The notes under the pieces: generated by a model
Told to the model about the DNA's origin: nothing
The model's database searches: none
The model's input: only the letters and a program-made list of their open reading frames with translations
Made by a program: the position numbers and the translations under genes
Shown: piece by piece, positions 58,679-64,000 of the stretch
How positions within the stretch are numbered: the stretch's first letter is position 1
Layout: each line of letters starts with the position of its first letter
Assembly (NCBI GenBank): GCA_020847715.1
Contig: JADLBM010000014.1
Location: forward strand, 14,420 to 78,419
DNA length: 64,000 nucleotides
Reading direction: 5' to 3'
DNA from: Candidatus Yanofskybacteria bacterium
GTDB taxonomy: Bacteria > Patescibacteriota > Minisyncoccia > 2-02-FULL-40-12 > GWA2-44-9

Positions 58679-59452
58679 ATGAGGCAGGACTTGGCGCACA
58701 CGTTGAAGGACGTCGCCGGTCGGCGGTACACGCCGCACAAGAGCGGGTGGACCCCTGACCCCGCGCTGCTGGGCGAGGTTGACCTCGAACTCCTCGAGGG
58801 CGTGGACGAGTCCCCCCGTCGCATCCCCATGCGGCCGCGCATGCGCTCCCACGAGGCGCGCCGCAGCGGTTTCCGCTTCGGAGTGCTGCAGCGTGGGCTC
58901 GCCGCCCAGGTGGGCCGCCCGTGGAACGAGGTGTTCAGCGAACTCCTCGAAAAGCTCCCCGGTGACCGCGTCTGGGACATCCGGGAGGCCATCGGTTGGG
59001 CGGTGCAGACCAACTGCCGCCTCGCCAGCGACGGGTCCGTGTGCTGGACGAGGGACGGCCACCAGTGGTGGCCTGTGCGCGGCATGTACGTGCACCCCGA
59101 GACCGGCATCCTCTGCGAGGCCACGCCTCCCGCGAAGCCGGTCCGACTGCCGAAGGTGGTCAACCCGCTCACGGGCACGATGATGGAGGGCGCGTGGGCC
59201 CGCGACAACTACCGTCCCATCGACAAGAGCCGCTTCGCCCAGCGTGAGAACGGCATCTGGTACATCTACCAGGTCGCCGTGCACGCCCCCACGGACACGT
59301 ACGCGACCCGCTGGGACTGGCGGAACGACCGCGAGCAGGTCATCACCTACGGAGAGGTGCCCGCCGTGGACCGGCGGTACATCGCCTCCAAGAAGCAGGC
59401 CTGCCGCCGCCGACTCCGCGTCCTCGGGGTTCGCAACGACCCCGCGGCCTAG
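58679..59452 (+). CDS. Hypothetical basic protein
   Basis: TTGACC-16-TATAAT promoter, GGAGG RBS; QVGRPWNEVFSE and YVHPETGIL motifs. Confidence 0.7.
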   Translation: MRQDLAHTLKDVAGRRYTPHKSGWTPDPALLGEVDLELLEGVDESPRRIPMRPRMRSHEARRSGFRFGVLQRGLAAQVGRPWNEVFSELLEKLPGDRVWDIREAIGWAVQTNCRLASDGSVCWTRDGHQWWPVRGMYVHPETGILCEATPPAKPVRLPKVVNPLTGTMMEGAWARDNYRPIDKSRFAQRENGIWYIYQVAVHAPTDTYATRWDWRNDREQVITYGEVPAVDRRYIASKKQACRRRLRVLGVRNDPAA

Positions 59453-59563
59453 AGCTTCCCGCCCCCGCTCCGACACTTGGAGCGGGGGCCTTTCAATTGA
59501 CGCACGCCGCTTAGCTGTGCCAGAATATGCCGCTACGAGAGCTCATTCATAAAGGAGACAGCA

Positions 59564-60520
59564 GTGAACATGGAATATCGCCACGAGCGTCTGGGAGCCA
59601 TTCAGGGCGTCCTCTGGCGAACGATGGCGCTCAACCTGACCGTTGCCGTCCTCAAGACCGTCGGCGGACTGGTAACGGGCATCACGGCTATCTGGGCTGA
59701 CGGCCTACACAGCATTGGCGACTCCCTGAGCAACATCGTCGGCTTGCTCGGCGTTCGCCTCGCGCGGCGCGAGCCAGACGAGGAGTACCCGTACGGATAC
59801 GACAAGTTCGAATCCATCGCGACCCTCGTTATCACGGGCATCATTTTCGTGACACTCTTCGAGGTCATTCGAGCAGGCATTGCGCGTCTGCGTGAGCCCA
59901 GCGATGCAATCGTGAACGGAACAACCATCGCCCTGCTCGTGTCGTCGATGACCATCAACCTCTTCGTGGTCTGGTACGAGGGACGGGCTGGGAAGCGCCT
60001 GAAGTCGGAACTCCTGATTGCGGACTCCAACGAAACAAAATCCGATGTCTTCGTGACGCTGGGCATCCTCTCGGGCGTGAGCACCATGGCGATATTCCCC
60101 GCCCTTGCATGGCTCGACGGTGTTCTGACCCTCTTGGTTGCGTGTGCCATCGGACACGTCATCTACGAAATCGTTACCAGCACCGCACGCGTTCTGGGTG
60201 ACGCGCAAGTCGTAGACCCACGCCGAGTGCACGCCATCGCCACGGCAGTCCCCGGCGTACAGTTTTGCCACGCCATTCGGAGCCGTGGCCGCGAGACGGG
60301 GTTCTACCTCGACCTCCACATCGGCGTTGAGCCGACCATCACCATCGAGGAGGCGCACGACGTTGTGTGCCATAACGTGAAACGCGCCCTCTACGACACG
60401 TTCCCCGAGCTCAAATCGGCGCACATCCACATCGAGCCCAACAATGAGAAGGGACGCACCCGCGAGGGCAGCGTCTTCGCCACTCGTGATCCGTACGGAC
60501 ACAACGGCAACGGCATCTAG
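59564..60520 (+). CDS. Cation diffusion facilitator (FieF-like)
   Basis: ADGLHS..D, YPYG..KFE, IRSR, DLHI, AH, IHIEP. Confidence 0.92.
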   Translation: MNMEYRHERLGAIQGVLWRTMALNLTVAVLKTVGGLVTGITAIWADGLHSIGDSLSNIVGLLGVRLARREPDEEYPYGYDKFESIATLVITGIIFVTLFEVIRAGIARLREPSDAIVNGTTIALLVSSMTINLFVVWYEGRAGKRLKSELLIADSNETKSDVFVTLGILSGVSTMAIFPALAWLDGVLTLLVACAIGHVIYEIVTSTARVLGDAQVVDPRRVHAIATAVPGVQFCHAIRSRGRETGFYLDLHIGVEPTITIEEAHDVVCHNVKRALYDTFPELKSAHIHIEPNNEKGRTREGSVFATRDPYGHNGNGI

Positions 60521-60867
60521 CGTTCCCCACAGCGCGCCCATCCAAAAGGATGGGCGCTTTTTGTTTGGCGCTCTCGCGTCCCCTTCAAATCCAACAGGGT
60601 CACGATACCAAAACACCGCCCGTGCGGGTGGTGTTTTGGTATTTGTAGCCCTGGCGATGCGTTATCAAAACCCCTCATGAAGCTGGTCCAGGATCTCACA
60701 GCACTCGCCCAGAGGAGGCACTATACCCTGTAAAGCCTCCGAAATCAAGCATTAAACCCACTCCCACCCGTTTGTAAAACCTGTCTCCTCTGATAGAAAT
60801 CGCAGGTGTGCTAGCCCTGTCCATACAGGGCTTTCCTTATGGAATGGAAAGAGTACTATGTAGTGGT

Positions 60868-61122
60868 ATGTCCAACCCAGAGACAAACCGCGATGAGCGC
60901 GAAATACTAGCCAGCATCGATGCGAAGCTCACTGCGCTTTTGTCTGTAGCGCTCCGCTGTAATTCCGACGTAGTAGATAGGGTGAGCGTAGCAAGCGCAA
61001 AGAATGTTGGCTTCCTTACCTCTTGTGGGCTTTCCATTGAGGAGGTGGCAGCCGTGCTCGGAACTACCAAAGATAGCGCACGCAAGATACGTGATAACAA
61101 TAAAAAGAATGGCAAAAAGTAA
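60868..61122 (+). CDS. Small HTH protein 1
   Basis: GLSIEEVAAVLGTTKDSARK. Confidence 0.75.
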   Translation: MSNPETNRDEREILASIDAKLTALLSVALRCNSDVVDRVSVASAKNVGFLTSCGLSIEEVAAVLGTTKDSARKIRDNNKKNGKK

Positions 61123-61303
61123 GACCGTGTCCAATCCCGAGACACTGATTGAAAAAACGCTAGAGGAAATAAAGCGCCTGCTTGTGTTGCAGCTTTCCAG
61201 CGCCAATGTCTCCAACGATGACATCGGTGCTGCGTTGGGCGTTTCTTACAAAACCGTTGAACGCATGCTCCCCAAAAAGGGTCGTGCGAAGAAGCGCGAT
61301 TAA
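61109..61303 (+). CDS. Small HTH protein 2
   Basis: VSNDDIGAALGVSYKTVERML. Confidence 0.75.
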   Translation: MAKSKTVSNPETLIEKTLEEIKRLLVLQLSSANVSNDDIGAALGVSYKTVERMLPKKGRAKKRD

Positions 61304-61308
61304 CCATT

Positions 61309-61563
61309 ATGGCAAAGCCCCTAACACTCGAGGACATCGACATGCGCTTGCGCCAGCTGGCATTCCTGCTCGCGCAGCAGACGCTCGTGTCTTCGCTCAA
61401 AGAGGCAAAGCAGCGCGAGAAAATCGCATTTCTTAGCTGTGCAGGCCTTAGTAATGAAGACATAGCCGTGCTGCTTGGCACTACACCTCGCACTGTAACC
61501 GTCGAGTTGTCCGTACTACGGACAGCCGCCAAGAAGCCGAATGGCAAAAAGGCTAAATCCTAA
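61309..61563 (+). CDS. Small HTH protein 3
   Basis: GLSNEDIAVLLGTTPRTVTVEL. Confidence 0.75.
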   Translation: MAKPLTLEDIDMRLRQLAFLLAQQTLVSSLKEAKQREKIAFLSCAGLSNEDIAVLLGTTPRTVTVELSVLRTAAKKPNGKKAKS

Positions 61564-62266
61564 TATTGTCGAGAAACTTGTAGAGCACACGGGCTACACC
61601 GAGCAAAGCGTGCGTAACGCTATCACCGCAATACGTAAAGAACACGGGTTTACGGCTACCACGCTGAATGGCGCCGCCCATGAATATGCGGGGCGGAAAG
61701 GTACTACCATTTGGCGCATGCTGGACGACGAGGATAGGGCCAGCATACCCAATATCGCCCCTGCAGTGCAGACCGTTGTGGTCAGTAAGAAAAGTGGGAA
61801 AGCTATAACCAATGTCAAGCCTAGCGTCGTTGTACTTACCTATGCAACAACCGACTCTTTTGGCCAGAAGCATGTAGAGGAAGCAAACCGTGCTTATAAC
61901 GCACAGTGCTACACCGCCGCATTCATTTTGTGTCGCAAGATTTTTGAGAATCTCATCATAAACGACCTTTTACTAAAACAGTTCCCTGATAAAAATGCCG
62001 CCAACCGAGCGCTGTACTACAACGAGGCCCAATCTCGTTTCAAGGACTTCTCCGAGATAGTAGATAATCTGTATAAGCAGCGCCTATCCTTTCCGGTGGC
62101 ATGCAGAAAACCTATCGAGCGACTACAAACCAAGCTGGGAGTGTTCATGGGCGGTGCTAATGACTATACGCATTCGTGGTATCACATCTGCGATAAAGCG
62201 GAATTCGATAAGGCTGACGTGCAACAAATAGCCGATCTGATTAGCACAATAGCTGCCGGCATATAA
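61541..62266 (+). CDS. DUF4145/HEPN-like protein with N-terminal helical domain
   Basis: EANRAYNAQCYTAAFILCRKIFENLI and ANDYTHS. Confidence 0.65.
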   Translation: MAKRLNPNIVEKLVEHTGYTEQSVRNAITAIRKEHGFTATTLNGAAHEYAGRKGTTIWRMLDDEDRASIPNIAPAVQTVVVSKKSGKAITNVKPSVVVLTYATTDSFGQKHVEEANRAYNAQCYTAAFILCRKIFENLIINDLLLKQFPDKNAANRALYYNEAQSRFKDFSEIVDNLYKQRLSFPVACRKPIERLQTKLGVFMGGANDYTHSWYHICDKAEFDKADVQQIADLISTIAAGI

Positions 62267-62429
62267 GTTCAGCGTGAGCCGCACTCAGGGTGCGCTTCAA
62301 GGCACAATGCTGTTTACAATACCCTACTCGTAGGGCATAATTAGGATACAATTCATCGCCTAAACCTGCAGAGACGGCTCGGCGGGCATGGCGCAAAAGG
62401 ACTCCACGCGGCAACCCTAATATACGGAC

Positions 62430-62972
62430 ATGAAAGAAGGTGCGTACAAAGCAGCAATAAGCATCCTGGCGCTAGGCCTAGCCGCCTCAATCTATGTGGG
62501 GATTCAAGCCTCGCGTATTGAAAATCAGATCTCCCTCCCAAGCTTCGGCTATCACGACCTAAGAGAGTATGGATACGATGTTATCTCGGTAAGTGGAACG
62601 CTCGCTGGAGTGGAGGGCGGGAACATTGCCAACAGACTCAACACGAACGAGTTTACCTGCAACCGAGCAACTGGAACATGTCGCCTCGCTCAGGCCGAGA
62701 TAGGCTCTGGAGGCTTTCTATGGGTATATGCTGAGACTTTTGATATAGCATCCTGGGATTCAAACTTTGTTGTATTCAAAACGCAGCCAGGCAGCCTCGC
62801 CTGCGCCGCGTGGACATATCGCATCGACCGCATTAAAAAGGAGCTCATCGGTATCCGCGAGAAAGCAAACGGCTACGATAGCGATCGCTGTGCAGGCGTC
62901 GGACTCGAAAAATTTTCCGTCAAAATCATTGATGGGTTCGACGCCTCTGAGAAGATTCGGAAATCGAAGTAG
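62430..62972 (+). CDS. Hypothetical membrane-anchored exported protein
   Basis: N-terminal TM, four Cys. Confidence 0.65.
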   Translation: MKEGAYKAAISILALGLAASIYVGIQASRIENQISLPSFGYHDLREYGYDVISVSGTLAGVEGGNIANRLNTNEFTCNRATGTCRLAQAEIGSGGFLWVYAETFDIASWDSNFVVFKTQPGSLACAAWTYRIDRIKKELIGIREKANGYDSDRCAGVGLEKFSVKIIDGFDASEKIRKSK

Positions 62973-63220
62973 CGCCTCATTGCCCCGACGGGGTTCCTGC
63001 AGGCATGAAGCAGTTCATGCCCTCGGATACCCTTCAAATCCATGCGACGGGATTTCTCTTCCTCCGCCACTCTCGGGTCGCTTCACGACAACCTCCGTGG
63101 CTTCCCCAGAGCCCGGGTCTCTCGAACGCCAAGCAGTTGGCGCTCTCGCGTACCCTTCAAATCCCGAGGGGTTCAATATACGAAAAGACATCCACATGTA
63201 TGGATGTCTTTTCGTATTTG

Positions 63221-63295
63221 TAGCCCCGACGGGATTTGAACCCGTGTTCCTGCGCTGAGAACGCAATGTCCTAGACCAGGCTAGACGACAGGGCC
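63221..63295 (-). tRNA. tRNA-Glu (CTC), CCA not encoded
   Basis: GGCCCTG acceptor, anticodon arm TGCG-TT-CTC-AG-CGCA, T arm ACGGGTTCAAATCCCGT. Confidence 0.95.
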
Positions 63296-63349
63296 AAGCG
63301 GTGTATCATTATAACCCGTCTGGACAGGTTTTGCAAATAGGAGGGTTCC

Positions 63350-63796
63350 GTGAAGGTCATCTTCCTGGACATTGATGGCGTGATGAACCGACGAGACACC
63401 GCGCCCCGCACGCGCTCTGCCGGATTCGACCCCGTTCCCATCAGCTGTCTCAACGAGATACTGGCGGCGACCGGTGCGAGCATCGTGGTCACGGGCGCTC
63501 TCGGGCGCGCGATGTACCTCGACGACCTCAAGCTCTTTTTCCAGCATTCCGGCATCTCGGGAGACGCAATCATCGGCGTGACCGAATTCGGAGGCGGAAC
63601 TCGCGGCGAAGACATCACCGCATGGCTCGACGAGCATCCGGACCATCGTGAGTACTACATCGTCATCGATGACGCGGGAATCGAAGATATCAGACCGCAC
63701 GGAAGCCGCTTCATCAAGACCGACTGGAACACGGGACTCACTCCGGCCTGCATCCCGCACGCCGTTCGCCTCCTCAACCGCAAGCGCCACCTCTAA
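63350..63796 (+). CDS. HAD domain protein of the Swiss-Army-knife RNA-repair type
   Basis: VIFLDIDGV.N, RG.DI.AWL, YIVIDD, GLT. Confidence 0.82.
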   Translation: MKVIFLDIDGVMNRRDTAPRTRSAGFDPVPISCLNEILAATGASIVVTGALGRAMYLDDLKLFFQHSGISGDAIIGVTEFGGGTRGEDITAWLDEHPDHREYYIVIDDAGIEDIRPHGSRFIKTDWNTGLTPACIPHAVRLLNRKRHL

Positions 63797-63833
63797 GGTG
63801 GCGCCGTTTTTCGCTCAAACCCCTTCTACTCTT

Positions 63834-64000
63834 CTACTTGGAGAGCCAGCGAGCCGATTGCCGAACCAGCAGCTGCGGTGCCCGTTGTGGTTCTGCCATG
63901 ATCTCGCGCACGATGCGTTCCATGCGGACGCCTTGGCTCCCCTTCACAAGAATGATGTCGCCACTCCGAATGAGCTTCTGCACTTCCGGCGCCGCAGTTG
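63834..64000 (-). CDS. murF: MurF C-terminus, partial at window edge
   Basis: GDIILVKGSQGVRMERIV...LLVRQ...W. Confidence 0.8.
   Translation of the reverse strand, partial: TAAPEVQKLIRSGDIILVKGSQGVRMERIVREIMAEPQRAPQLLVRQSARWLSK

Larger units (their letters stand above)
60565..63227. mobile_element. tRNA-Glu-linked genomic islet bounded by imperfect ~90-bp direct repeats; no integrase present
   Basis: 60565-60651 matches 63137-63227, both ending GTATTTGTAGCCC (tRNA 3' end); cargo visibly lower in GC. Confidence 0.7.

Noticed and set aside
1-64000. Alternative genetic code (TGA read as Gly)
   Set aside because: Conserved genes such as infA, rpsM, dus and fmt end at TGA at the expected lengths

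Overview
High-GC bacterial chromosome segment. Gene content and reduced protein architectures suggest Patescibacteria/CPR, Parcubacteria-like (inference). Housekeeping genes: pyrD, short alaS, dus, a UvrD helicase-nuclease, the infA-rpmJ-rpsM-rpsK-rpsD-rpoA-rplQ-rplM-rpsI cluster, mreB with a glycosyltransferase/O-antigen ligase/LCP block, ctpA, rplI, rpmA, gltX, priA-def-fmt, efp, hrcA-grpE-hsp20-dnaK-dnaJ with CIRCE, NRAMP, cysS, dnaB, recR, rplU, a CDF transporter, tRNA-Glu and a partial murF. Four accessory signals stand out. (1) A promoter- and terminator-bounded ~247-nt structured non-coding RNA candidate at 18209-18455. (2) A 5.5-kb array of small orphan expression units after rpsI, separated by re-used near-identical terminators. 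(3) A 56-nt structured core present twice (11425 and 58076) inside unrelated outer stems. (4) A lower-GC islet at the tRNA-Glu 3' end carrying three tandem paralogous HTH genes coupled to a DUF4145/HEPN-like gene, a candidate defence or toxin-antitoxin system. All assignments are by eye from motifs; no database searches were run.
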